DNA of 64,000 nucleotides from Sedimentisphaerales bacterium (GTDB lineage: Bacteria > Planctomycetota > Phycisphaerae > Sedimentisphaerales > SM23-30), in the NCBI GenBank assembly GCA_963666285.1, contig OY762711.1; one strand, given 5' to 3'. Shown piece by piece: positions 10,395 through 20,705 of this stretch. A model generated the notes under the pieces. The model had not been told where the DNA came from. It worked only from the letters and a program-made list of their open reading frames with translations, and ran no database searches. Both the position numbers and the translations under genes were made by a program. Position 1 is the first letter of the stretch; every line of letters begins with the position of its first letter.

Positions 10395-10838
10395 CTATTC
10401 AATCCTCAACCTGCTGGCATTATGCCGAAACCCAAACTTCTCATAAAAGCCAAACGCACACTCATTTCCGGCTACCACCACCACATCTATCTTGCCACAT
10501 TCCTTCGCACGCATCCACTCCAGCCCATTTTCCATAAACTGCTCGCCTATCCCGCGACCGCGATACTCCGGCACAATATAGATCGATTCAACCTCGCCCC
10601 GGCCGTATTTCGCGGTACAAAAACAATACCCTACCAGCCTGCCGCCATCCTCGGCAACCTCAATCCGGATCTGATCTTCACGTATACCCGCCAGATGCTC
10701 ACACCGCTTCTGAAAATTATTCGACCGAAAGCTAGCCTTAAAATGCTCCGTACAATCCAGGTGATGGCTGTTCAACTCCATCCACAATCCTTCAACCATT
10801 CCTATCTCATCCAAACCTATTGTCTTTATACTTATCAT
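10395..10838 (-). CDS. GNAT family N-acetyltransferase
   Basis: YIVPEYRGRGIG and N..AFGFYEKFGF motifs. Confidence 0.9.
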   Translation of the reverse strand: MISIKTIGLDEIGMVEGLWMELNSHHLDCTEHFKASFRSNNFQKRCEHLAGIREDQIRIEVAEDGGRLVGYCFCTAKYGRGEVESIYIVPEYRGRGIGEQFMENGLEWMRAKECGKIDVVVVAGNECAFGFYEKFGFRHNASRLRIE

Positions 10839-10855
10839 ATATTCCTCTCATAAAA

Positions 10856-10950
10856 TACTCAAAGTGATCGATCTTAGAATTTGTTTTACAGTAATAAGTT
10901 TTAACTCAATTTGTTATGTTAAAATTAAAATAGTATGCCGCTCTGCGGCA
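10856..10950. mobile_element. Partial MITE family C (left end)
   Basis: TACTCAAAGTGATCG...tgttatgttaaaattaaaatagtatGCCGCtctGCGGC. The hairpin loop lacks the REP insert. Confidence 0.5.
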
Positions 10951-11272
10951 ATCCTTCCCTAATACCTGGTACCTAGTAATCGTCCTATTATTCTCTCAGC
11001 TAACTCTTATTTATCCGTGTCCATCTGCGCCCATCTGTGGTTCAACTCTTAAGCGTCAAACCTCGCGCAGCGACTCCTGATTCCTGCCAACGCCAAGCAA
11101 AATGAAATCCGCCCCAGGCGGAGCTCGGCACTTATCGCCGAAGGCGATTTAACAAAGATCGCATCAGCGAATTATTCCTGATGTCAACGTACATCAGGAC
11201 ACCGCAACTCTTCACCCGCTTGCAACATGCGAAGCATACTCAGTTCTTCACTCATCACTTATGTATAAATTT

Positions 11273-11767
11273 CTATAGAATTTTATACATAACATACGCA
11301 TCAACCAGCTTTTCACCGGCATACTTAAACGCGCCCGGCAGCCGACCCACAACCTCAAAACCCAGCTTAGGCCACAAACTCATCGACGCTTCATTCGTCG
11401 CCACCACCAGGTTAAACTGCATCGCCTTATACCCCAGCTCAACCGCAGCCTTCAGCGAATGCTCGCCCAGCTTACGCCCGATCCCAAGACCACGCATCTC
11501 TTTCGCCACCATATACCCGCAATTACATACATGACCGCCCAGCCCCGGCTTATTCGCCATTATATGATAAGTCCCCACTATCCGGCCGGCCTGCTCCGCA
11601 ACATACGCCTTCTCCGGCACATCAAACCAGTAATGCACGCAATCCGCCTTACTAGTCTCCATCGGGTACGGATAAGTTTCGCCCGCACGTATAACCTCTT
11701 CGAAAATCGGCCATATCCCGGCCAGGTCCGCTTCACTCGCCTCGCGTATTATAACTTTCGTTTCCAT
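11273..11767 (-). CDS. GNAT family N-acetyltransferase
   Basis: HVCNCGYMV..RGLGIGR, MQFNLVVATN, LWPKLGF..GRLPGAF. Confidence 0.9.
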   Translation of the reverse strand: METKVIIREASEADLAGIWPIFEEVIRAGETYPYPMETSKADCVHYWFDVPEKAYVAEQAGRIVGTYHIMANKPGLGGHVCNCGYMVAKEMRGLGIGRKLGEHSLKAAVELGYKAMQFNLVVATNEASMSLWPKLGFEVVGRLPGAFKYAGEKLVDAYVMYKIL

Positions 11768-11884
11768 AACCTGCCATTATACCCAATCCCAAAACAGATT
11801 AAAGCTTTTTCACCAAACCGCCACCACATAATTCCACAACCGATCAATCAGCCTCGACATAGCCCTTTCCCCACCCGCCAGATT

Positions 11885-12640
11885 CTATCTATGCTTAACC
11901 GCACCAACCATCAGCGCTCCGCACGGCTCTTTAGTATTCTGAGAATTAATTCGCAGCAGCTTCGGCTCCAGCCCGACCTTACAGACCTCACCCAATATGT
12001 CACGCCAATGGCCCAGGTACCTGCTCGGCAGATAACACTTACCGCCTATCTTCTTAACCCCGGCATAAGACACCTCTTTCGACTCACGATAGACTATCTT
12101 CTTCTCGAGTACCTGCTCGTTAAACTTATCCGCCAGAAGTCTCTTATTCACCGGACTGCACATCGACAACAGGATAAAAACTCCGTCATCTTCCAGCAGT
12201 TTATAAACATTTCCCAAATATGATTTTCTATCCTTACTGTCTGTTATGCAATGCAGGCACAGACCGTCGATCACAATATCAAACTTACCATACTTTTTAA
12301 TATCCATACTGCATACATCGCCATGCCGAAACTCAAGATTATTACCACCCGACTGTTCACGGGCCATCGCAATCGCCGTCCTGCTGACATCAACCCCAAC
12401 CCCGCTATATTTATTCCGGCACACTCGCCGCAATATTGTTCCCGTTCCACAGCCAAGCTCAATTACCCGCCCGCTCCGGGCCGACCACGGCTGACCCAGC
12501 ACATCCCTCAAAAAATTATTAATCGCAGGATCATCTGACTTCCCGGTCGTCCCGCTACCGGCCTGACCCCAGGAACTTATACCGTTCGCCTTCATCTTCC
12601 GATAGATAGTTTCATGACCTTCATAAGCCTTCTTTTTCAT
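11885..12640 (-). CDS. Class I SAM-dependent methyltransferase
   Basis: VIELGCGTG, GVDVS, FDIVID..LHCI. Confidence 0.88.
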   Translation of the reverse strand: MKKKAYEGHETIYRKMKANGISSWGQAGSGTTGKSDDPAINNFLRDVLGQPWSARSGRVIELGCGTGTILRRVCRNKYSGVGVDVSRTAIAMAREQSGGNNLEFRHGDVCSMDIKKYGKFDIVIDGLCLHCITDSKDRKSYLGNVYKLLEDDGVFILLSMCSPVNKRLLADKFNEQVLEKKIVYRESKEVSYAGVKKIGGKCYLPSRYLGHWRDILGEVCKVGLEPKLLRINSQNTKEPCGALMVGAVKHR

Positions 12641-12769
12641 TTAACTTCTCCAGTAACCATTCTCCCTCCGCGGCCTTAATGTACAACCATCCTCAAACAA
12701 CCATATCATATTATAACCCAAACCGGCACAGATAACACTCAAAACCAGATTTTTATCCCACATCCCAAC

Positions 12770-13400
12770 TCCGGCACCACCAGCACAATCGCAATTCCCC
12801 ACCAAACTCTTTTTCTTTTTAACGTTTTTCGTGCCTTTTACTATTATCTCTTCCCAGCCTTCAAACTTTATTTGTCCTATTTCCTACTCAAAATATGTCC
12901 CATATGACAGTAGATTAATCAGCCTCGGCGAAGCTGAACGAAGTGAAATCCGCCTTAGGCATAGCCGTTTCAGCTCGCCTCTAACTCTTCTTTATCTGCA
13001 CCCATCTGCGCGGTTCAATCTTTACTCCCGCACCAGCTTTAAAACAAGTCGTCCGCGAATGCGAATTATTCCTGATGTCAAAGTACATCAGGACACCTCA
13101 ACTTTTCATTTTTCACTTTTCATTTTTCATTTTGCGAAGCTTGCCTTCTCCCTCCTCGCTTCTCTCTTCTAACTCTCCTCATTCGTGGTTTAGCTCTTAG
13201 CCCACCCGCGCGATTTAGAATAGCTCGCGTCAGCGAATTATTCCTGATGTCAAAGTACATCAGGACACCTCAACTTTTCATTTTTCACTTTTCATTTAGC
13301 GAAACTTGCCGCTTTCCTTCTCACCTCTAACTCTTCTCACCCGTGGTTCAACTCTTCACCCAAACCTACCTCCCAAAACGATCGTCAGCCGGTTTGAACT
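12770..13400. repeat. Mosaic intergenic region built from repeat modules
   Basis: 12770-12850 resembles 15866-15950, and 13010-13190 resembles 16218-16410. It holds two family D hairpins, TTTTCAY heptamers and GCGAAGC motifs. Confidence 0.7.
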
Positions 13401-13402
13401 TC

Positions 13403-14083
13403 TTACTTCATCTCCCATCCGCCCGGACAATAATCCAGCCAGTTCGCCGCCAGCACAGCAAAATCTTCCAGGTTCACTTCCATATCATTATTCACATCTG
13501 ACGTCCACCCCTTACCATGCTCCAGCCACTCGCTCGCAAACACCTCAATATCCTCCATACACACCTTACACGCCTGAACCGAATAATTACCCAACGAAAA
13601 ATTAATCCAGCCGATATTCTCACCCCACGCCAAACCGCTAAACTTACCGTCACTATTAATCCTTACATGGGCAAAAGGGTTAGGCCTGCGACCTTCACCC
13701 GGATATCTCGGATCAAAATTAATCCAGCCGACATTCTCGCCCCACGCCAGACCGCTCAAATTGCCATTACCATCATTAACAACACCAATATTATACCCCG
13801 ACAGATTCTTACCTATATATCTTGGCGAAAGATTAATCCACCCGACATTCTCACTCCACACATATCCTGTCAGCTCACTCGAAGATACCTGCGCACCTGA
13901 TCTCCACCCAGGGTCAAAATTTATCCACCCGACATTCTCACTCCACGCATACTTCATCTTCAAATTATACGGATCTATATTCTCGCCGCAGCATATCCCC
14001 GCCGCCAAAATCATCATCACCGCTATATTTCTTATCTTAAGCATTTGCCTAACCCTTATATTCTCAAACTTATCAAAATGCAA
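13403..14083 (-). CDS. Secreted protein with four W(S/G)EN(V/I)GWI repeats and a dockerin-like C-terminus
   Basis: Four AW(S/G)ENxGWIN repeats; tail SDVNNDMEVNLEDFAVLAANWL. The true start may be one of the downstream Met codons. Confidence 0.75.
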   Translation of the reverse strand: MHFDKFENIRVRQMLKIRNIAVMMILAAGICCGENIDPYNLKMKYAWSENVGWINFDPGWRSGAQVSSSELTGYVWSENVGWINLSPRYIGKNLSGYNIGVVNDGNGNLSGLAWGENVGWINFDPRYPGEGRRPNPFAHVRINSDGKFSGLAWGENIGWINFSLGNYSVQACKVCMEDIEVFASEWLEHGKGWTSDVNNDMEVNLEDFAVLAANWLDYCPGGWEMK

Positions 14084-14117
14084 ACCAAAAACGAACCGCT
14101 AAACAATATAGCCGGCA

Positions 14118-15449
14118 TTATTCTTGAGCTACATGATTCGTCCCTATAGTATTATTAGAATTACCTGTCATCGGCGTTCCAACATTCCCATAAAACATAT
14201 TCTGATCAATTATACAATTACCCCTATAGTATAAAGTTACATTCGACCAGCCATCAGATTCAGTTCCATTATCACTAAAATTATTAGCTATTATCCTGCA
14301 GCCTCTCCCTACTGACATCGCCCTCATCGAATATGTATTAGAAGAACCAGCTCCGGCTCCGGCACCATTACCCCTCAAGGTATTCTCAATCAAACTGCTG
14401 CTATCAGCGGCAGAAATACCATATACATAATACATCGCATTAATACCATTATTAGAAACAATATTCTCCTCTATCTTGCACGCATAGCTTGCCACCACCC
14501 CATATACATTTGCCAGACACCTTGTCCCATTATTAGTAATACTATTTCCACTCACTTTACAACTCGTACCACACGAAATTCCAGCAACCTTGCCGCTGGT
14601 ATAATCTGCACCATCATTTCCACCATTACTACATGAAACATTATTTATTACTGTTGAGTAAGCTCCTATATCATAGCCATAAATCTCATGCGATGAGCTT
14701 GTCCCTGCCGCTATACCATTCCTGGATGATATATTATCTCGAACTATACATTCCAGAGCTGCGTATATCCCTTTCACATGACCGCTAGCGTTATAGCCGT
14801 TGCCTGCCACCTCACACCCGACAAGCTGCGAACAAAAGCCAACTCTAATACCATATACACTACCACCTGCCTGACTGCCATTATCTAATACCTTGCATCC
14901 CTCAACCTTAGAATTGTCACCAACTCTGATTCCATACACACTTGAAGTAGCACCACCACCATTGCCGCTTATAATACAATCCTTTACCGTACAGTTATCT
15001 AATAAATAAATACCAGATATACCATTTGCTGTTATTTTACAATCGCGTATCACAACTTTACTGTCTTCATCAGAATCTACACCATAAATCCCCTGTGCAA
15101 AGTTTTTTATCGAGCCATTACAGATCTCTACAGAATGGGCGTTATTGACACATACTCCATAACCAGCACCTGCTCCGGTCACAGTAAAACCATTCAGGTC
15201 AAATTTTACATCATCAGCTGTTATTACAATTATAGTACTGTCGGTTGATGTAATATTATCGGTCAGATAATACGAACCCGCTTCACTTATAACCACCGGC
15301 ATATCAGCCTGACCTACAGGTATCCGAGCCTCAACCTCATCCAATGTCTTCATCGTTGGGGCAGGCGCACCAGACGGATTCAAGCTTCCGGCATAGACAT
15401 ATGAACTTACTGCAAACAACATCAAAGTTAAACAAACTAATTTCTTCAT
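14118..15449 (-). CDS. Secreted right-handed parallel beta-helix repeat protein
   Basis: Signal peptide, GSLNPSGAPAPTMKTLDEVE, GSYYLTDNI..DLNGFTV, and repeated YGI..C.V..N..NG. Confidence 0.85.
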   Translation of the reverse strand: MKKLVCLTLMLFAVSSYVYAGSLNPSGAPAPTMKTLDEVEARIPVGQADMPVVISEAGSYYLTDNITSTDSTIIVITADDVKFDLNGFTVTGAGAGYGVCVNNAHSVEICNGSIKNFAQGIYGVDSDEDSKVVIRDCKITANGISGIYLLDNCTVKDCIISGNGGGATSSVYGIRVGDNSKVEGCKVLDNGSQAGGSVYGIRVGFCSQLVGCEVAGNGYNASGHVKGIYAALECIVRDNISSRNGIAAGTSSSHEIYGYDIGAYSTVINNVSCSNGGNDGADYTSGKVAGISCGTSCKVSGNSITNNGTRCLANVYGVVASYACKIEENIVSNNGINAMYYVYGISAADSSSLIENTLRGNGAGAGAGSSNTYSMRAMSVGRGCRIIANNFSDNGTESDGWSNVTLYYRGNCIIDQNMFYGNVGTPMTGNSNNTIGTNHVAQE

Positions 15450-15865
15450 CTCTATCTTTTCCTATTTTATATTTTTCAATGTGACTTATTTCACACTTAT
15501 CTCTAAATCTAATTTCACTGTTTTTTTAGTTGCAATACCGGCCACCGGCCGTACAACTGCACTAACATCTGACTGCGCAGACATTTACATTATCTCAGCA
15601 ATAAATAATGTGGAGTTAAATGCTAAAAACATAACGTCATTAGACAGACAATGGCATACGACCGCAATTTTCTACTAAATTTCAGCCGTTTATTGACTCT
15701 AATACACGATATTTATCTCTACTCTTTGCATAGAATAATAATTTACAATTTACAGACAGGCAATTCAAATTAAAAAACAAAACTTTTTAACCATTTTTCC
15801 ATCACCTTCGCCATACATCCAACCGCCAAACACCGTTATAACCGATACAACTACTACAAACCAAC

Positions 15866-16600
15866 CTCCCGGCACCACCGAAAACAATCGAAATTCCCCT
15901 CCAAACTCTTTGTCTCTTTAACGCTTTTCGCGACTTTTACTATTATCTTCCTCACTTCTCTCTTCTAACTCTTCTGATTTGTGGTTTAGCTCTTTTCCCG
16001 CCGCAGGCGGATTCGTGTCCATTTGTAGTAAAGCTCTTTCTTCGCCGCCAGGCGATTAATTGTCTGCCGCTACGCGGCTTTCATTCCCTGATCCCTGGCA
16101 CCTGAAACCTAACCCCTATATTAATAAAACACGAGCGGTAGCGAGTCACCCTATATATTATTGGTGTGAATTCGTGTCCATTCGTGGTAAAGCATTTTCC
16201 CGCCGCAGGCGGATTCGTTGTTCAATCTTTACTCCCGCACCAGCTTTAAAACAAGTCGTGAGCCGCCAGCGAATTATTCCTGATGTCAACGTACATCAGG
16301 ACACCTCAACTTTTCATTTTTCACTATTCATTTTTCATTTAGCGAAGCTTACCTCTCCCCTCTCTCCTCGCTCCTCGCTTCTAACTCTCCTCATCCGTGG
16401 TTCAACTCTTTTGTATTTTTTACAATTAATCAGACAAACCTTTACAATATATTGAGACCCAACAATCTCCATCCAAACCAGCACCGTTAACGACATAGTA
16501 GATCAGGAATCCCTGCCTGACAATAAACCAACCCTCGCGTAGCGACTCCCAAATCCTGGGAACGCCGAGCACCAGCTCGGCATATTCGGCGCCAGCCGAT
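15866..16600. repeat. Mosaic intergenic repeat region with REP-like hairpins
   Basis: CCGCCGCAGGCGG twice, TTCGTGTCCATTCGTGG, a family D hairpin, the F module, a GTAG-footed hairpin (16498-16520) and GCCGAGC..GCTCGGC (about 16564-16581). Confidence 0.7.
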
Positions 16601-16708
16601 CAAAAACATCCTCGGCATAAACAAAACATTTCCTTTCAAAACCCATATTATAAAGAACTTCTAAAATCTCTCTTCTAACTAATTCATAATATTTGAACCA
16701 TCACTCTT

Positions 16709-17027
16709 TTACCAGAATAAAAACCAAATTGGAAACACAATAAAGCTGTGAACTATTAATATTATTAGTAAGGCGTAATAACAACTTTTAATTATCTTTG
16801 GATAATCTTCTGCCCATTGCCTGATCTCTTCATTTTCATGATCAGAATACAGCTTTATCAATACGCCGCTATACCCTCTAGTTATCCAAAGATTAAACCG
16901 CACTATTTTCCATTCCTCTGGCTCATATTTTTAAGCAGCTTTGCTATTTGTTTTTCATAATAAATCATAATAGCAAAGTATATAATTAGCCAAATTACAT
17001 ATGGAGTAAAATAAGATATTTATTCAT
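16709..17027 (-). pseudogene. Small membrane-protein gene broken by frameshifts
   Basis: Three consecutive frame pieces read as one protein: MNKY.. / SYFTPYVIWLIIYFAIMIYYEKQIAKLL / KYEPEEWKIVRFNLW...FLFW*. Confidence 0.5.
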
Positions 17028-17112
17028 AATTCTGGAACCCACTCATTAATAATTCCAATCTCAATTTGCCACCGAAATCCAGACACAATACTCAAAAAAA
17101 TTATCAAACTTC

Positions 17113-17832
17113 CTATAAAACTGCAAATTGACTGGGAGTCTCTTGCCAAGTTCTTCCATCAAGCAAATTGCCATTTTTTTTCTTATTCACTCCTCCCCAC
17201 TGTTTAAAGAAAAATGGAACTTGACTGTCAATGCATTGATTGCGAACATTCCTAACCCATTCCGCTTCTATAGGTCTGCAATTAGGACCAGATTCCCCAC
17301 CAGCTATAACCCAATCAATATTTGTTAAATCGATTACTTCTATATCATCTAATAATGGTTCAAGAGATAGAAATTTAATACAAGCTGGTATGTAACGAAG
17401 TAAATCAATTCTATACTTATAATCCCTTGCCTCTACTGTAACACCCATCCAAATATTTTCCGCCCATTGCAATTCTGATGCTAATTCTGCAAGTCGTTCT
17501 GCTCTTTTTGTTAAAATTTGAAATTGATGATGCGGTGCTCTCATCATGATATCAAATACATCAAAAATATAGCTATCAGAAACATCTTTATGAAAAAGAT
17601 CACTCATAGAATTCACAAAAATTACTTGTGGTTTTTTACTTTTAAGAGGAATTTCTAATGCATGAGGATGACATGTAAGAGCAAAACCATTTTTATAGTT
17701 AGCTTGCCCCATTGCTTTTAGCCTTTTCGCCATTCTTTCAGCATAGCAGTTTTGACAACCTGAACTTATTTTTGTACATCCTGTAACCGGATTCCAAGTT
17801 GATTCCGTCCATTCTATTTTACTATTTTTCAT
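17113..17832 (-). CDS. DUF5131 / phage Gp37-Gp68 family protein (radical-SAM-like three-Cys motif)
   Basis: SKIEWT..TWNPVTGCTKISSGCQNCYA, FVNSMSDLFH, FQILTKR, SLEPLL, WVIAGGESG, FFFKQWGG. Confidence 0.93.
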   Translation of the reverse strand: MKNSKIEWTESTWNPVTGCTKISSGCQNCYAERMAKRLKAMGQANYKNGFALTCHPHALEIPLKSKKPQVIFVNSMSDLFHKDVSDSYIFDVFDIMMRAPHHQFQILTKRAERLAELASELQWAENIWMGVTVEARDYKYRIDLLRYIPACIKFLSLEPLLDDIEVIDLTNIDWVIAGGESGPNCRPIEAEWVRNVRNQCIDSQVPFFFKQWGGVNKKKNGNLLDGRTWQETPSQFAVL

Positions 17833-18952
17833 TAGCTTTGCCTTTGAATTGAACTTTTACTTGTTTTTCTCGAAGATAAAAAGCCTTCCTACGTACTTCT
17901 ACTCCTGTTTGGATATCATTCACTTTAATTTTATCGTCATTTTGAAGCTTTTCCAATAAAGATTTTACTATTTTAGGTGGAAACCCGTTTAAGAGCCCAA
18001 ATTCATATAAGTCTAAATTGGAAGGAGAGTTTTTGGCAACATATTGAACTAGCTCTTGAAGAAAGATTTCCTGTTTTAATGGAAGTTCTACAGGATGAAA
18101 AAGTGGCATATCAACCCACTCATCTCCTATCAAATTAGAATTGTCTTCCCCCGAATTTTCGTCAATTTTCCAACAAACCTCAAGAAATGTTTCCAGACCT
18201 CTCAAATTACCACTACCAAATATAATTCCATATATATTAGAACCTTTCTTTATTGAAAATGGAGCTAAATAATATTCGCGGACAGTATGCTTCCTAAAAT
18301 TTTCACAAACAAATTTATGAATCATTTTATAAGGAGTTTCTTTTATGCTATCAATATCAATATTAAGTTTGGGACAAAATATGTCTTTAAATCTATTAAT
18401 AACAGATGTTGATATGAAAAACAATATATCAGTATGATGAAGTTTAGAAAGTTCATTAAGAATATCTGGTGTGATACAATCAACTCCACATTGGTCCATT
18501 ATGATCAAATTTGCTGATTCATTTTTTTTAAGCTTCGGCAATGTTTTACTTATTGCTTCATCAAAAGTTTCGTTAGTGTATTCAAATTGACAACACTTAT
18601 TTGAACATTTAACACTTTTAGCATTTTCTTTTAATTGTTCAATATTATCACTATCTTTATCATTAAAAAGGATTTCAACTTCTATATTTGCTTTAAGGTC
18701 ATTATTGGTTTCACAATAGTTTTTAAGTTCATCTATGATAATTAAAGGAGAACCAACAACGCCTTTACAGTCATACCCAGGTCCAGAGAAAAAGTCATAA
18801 ATACGAATTGTACCAAAGTTTCTTCGACTATCTCTAGTAGCTGTCATAAATTTAGGAAGCCAGTTTCTAATATACATTTTAAATATTTCTAGCTTAGTTT
18901 GCGTCCCTTCATCAAATGCATTGTCGTGAAATTTCTTTGCCATATACATCAA
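17822..18952 (-). CDS. tcmP: Three-Cys-motif partner protein (TcmP family, methyltransferase-like fold)
   Basis: T..KL.I...Y...W, IYDFFSGPG, GSPL, FND, DQCG motifs. It overlaps the DUF5131 gene by 11 nt. The start may be 18943 (MAKKF). Confidence 0.85.
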   Translation of the reverse strand: MMYMAKKFHDNAFDEGTQTKLEIFKMYIRNWLPKFMTATRDSRRNFGTIRIYDFFSGPGYDCKGVVGSPLIIIDELKNYCETNNDLKANIEVEILFNDKDSDNIEQLKENAKSVKCSNKCCQFEYTNETFDEAISKTLPKLKKNESANLIIMDQCGVDCITPDILNELSKLHHTDILFFISTSVINRFKDIFCPKLNIDIDSIKETPYKMIHKFVCENFRKHTVREYYLAPFSIKKGSNIYGIIFGSGNLRGLETFLEVCWKIDENSGEDNSNLIGDEWVDMPLFHPVELPLKQEIFLQELVQYVAKNSPSNLDLYEFGLLNGFPPKIVKSLLEKLQNDDKIKVNDIQTGVEVRRKAFYLREKQVKVQFKGKANEK

Positions 18953-18995
18953 TCCTTTTTCAAATACAATTACTTATATAACCAAACCGATTTCT

Positions 18996-19230
18996 CGCGT
19001 CAGCTTTAAATCATCCGTGAGGCGTCAGCCGAACACCGCAACTCTTCACCCGCTTTAGCGACATGCGAAGCATACATAGTTCTTAACTCTTCACTCAATA
19101 AGCTTCTTCATATCCCACTCCAAACTTACTCAACAACTCCAAACACAGCTACTTTCCGCGCCAGCATAATCAAACGTGAGGCGTCAGCCGAACACCGCAA
19201 CTCTTCACTCTTAGTTCTTCACTCTTCACT
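18996..19230. repeat. Two E-module repeats (CGTGAGGCGTCAGCCGAACACCGCAACTCTTCAC)
   Basis: Copies at about 18996-19050 and 19157-19230, matching 2777-2851. Confidence 0.85.
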
Positions 19231-19262
19231 TAGAATTAGAACTTTCATAAGTTCTAATTCTA

Positions 19263-20612
19263 TTACGCTTGTTTAATCTGATCCTTCCCGGCTTCTTTAC
19301 TCTTCAGCAGCGCCTCATCCGCCGCCGCCAGCAGCAGCTTTACACTATCACCATCCTTCGGATAGCTCGCAATCCCACCCGAGATCGATAGCTTACTCAC
19401 ATGGCTCCGATACCGCGACGCACAACTGCTCTCACTCACAAGCTTACGAAAATTATTACTTATCCGCAATACCATCTCGTCATGCCCCGGCATCTCAGAA
19501 CACTCCTCCGCATACTCAGGCTTCACCTCACGCTGCAGCTCAGGCGCATCCCAGAACAATACCGCAAACTCATCGCCGCCCAACCGGGCAACAACATCAT
19601 GCTTACGACAACACTGCCTCACAAGCTCAATCGCCTGGCACAATATATGATCGCCCGCAACATGACCGTACGTATCGTTATAATATTTAAAATTGTCAAT
19701 ATCAAATACCAGCATCGCAATCTTGATATTCTCACTTTCAGCTCTCGCCAAAAGCTGCCTCATATACGATTCAAGGTACCGGCGGTTATACGCTCCGGTC
19801 AGCTCATCGACAGTCGCCAAAGATTTCAGATCATGGTCACGCTCGCACAACTCAAACAAAACTGCCAGATACTCGGCTATCTCACCAACCGTCTTCTTAT
19901 CTATCGATATCTGGTCAGCCCACACCCGAATTTCGCCAAAATCGTGGCCACTTCCACTCAATAGCTTCGCCGTCGCGCTAGCGCCGCTCGACGCCGTACA
20001 CTCCCCGTCTTCGTCCGCGCCTGGTTCTCCAACCACTACACGCCGCGCCTCGAAGAAATCCGTCAGCAGCTCTTCGCTCATCAGCCGCAAATGCTCCGCG
20101 CCCTGCGGAACTGCACCCGCAAGCTCCCGGCATACACTCATAAACCGGCCGCGAACCATATTCGAAAAGAATCCGGCCATCTCACTGGCATCATCCACAC
20201 TCAAAGTATTACGATCCTTCAGCTCCACCATACCGGACGAGCGAACCTTACCACCGGCCGCTATTATTTCACGCAGCTTATTCGCAGACGCCGGCAATAT
20301 CAGAATATCGTCCATACCCGCTCCCTGCAGCTCTGCATGATACGCCTCGGTCCACGCATGACCGTAACCCACCAGCCGCGCACCGGCCGCAGCAGTTTTC
20401 AACGCTCTTACCACATCCTTCGCATTAGAACCGGCCTGCTCTATGTTAAGCATTATTATATCAGGGTTTATATCTCCTGCATCTGCTATCGCCTTCAGGA
20501 TACTGCTCTCACTGTCAACCTCTGGCGATACCTCTCCCGCAGCCCGGCACAACAAACTCGCCATCATGCCATCATCAGCTATCAACAATATTTTTTCTGT
20601 CTGACTATTCAG
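19263..20612 (-). CDS. Diguanylate cyclase with degenerate N-terminal receiver-like domain
   Basis: DELTGAYNRR, DIDNFKYYNDTYGHVAGD, RKHD I-site, GGDEF. Start extended from 20588 to an in-frame CTG at 20612 behind AAGGAG. Confidence 0.9.
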   Translation of the reverse strand: MNSQTEKILLIADDGMMASLLCRAAGEVSPEVDSESSILKAIADAGDINPDIIMLNIEQAGSNAKDVVRALKTAAAGARLVGYGHAWTEAYHAELQGAGMDDILILPASANKLREIIAAGGKVRSSGMVELKDRNTLSVDDASEMAGFFSNMVRGRFMSVCRELAGAVPQGAEHLRLMSEELLTDFFEARRVVVGEPGADEDGECTASSGASATAKLLSGSGHDFGEIRVWADQISIDKKTVGEIAEYLAVLFELCERDHDLKSLATVDELTGAYNRRYLESYMRQLLARAESENIKIAMLVFDIDNFKYYNDTYGHVAGDHILCQAIELVRQCCRKHDVVARLGGDEFAVLFWDAPELQREVKPEYAEECSEMPGHDEMVLRISNNFRKLVSESSCASRYRSHVSKLSISGGIASYPKDGDSVKLLLAAADEALLKSKEAGKDQIKQA

Positions 20613-20705
20613 ATAACTCTCCTTTATACAATAACTTATATAATTGGATTCGCGCTAGCGATACCTCAAAAACCTCTTACTTCTCACTTCTCGCTTCTAA
20701 CTCTT

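Noticed and set aside
9946..10853. ORFs with (LIPYPLS)n repeats
   Set aside because: Translations of the CCCTTAT heptamer array in all three frames; one also overlaps a GNAT gene in antisense.
7921..16305. Family D 37-bp palindromic repeats as a CRISPR array
   Set aside because: The copies are dispersed from 170 bp to several kb apart, with no regular unique spacers and no cas genes.
17113..17832. Prophage, suggested by the Gp37/Gp68 family name
   Set aside because: No structural, packaging, lysis or integrase genes nearby, and the family is common outside phages.
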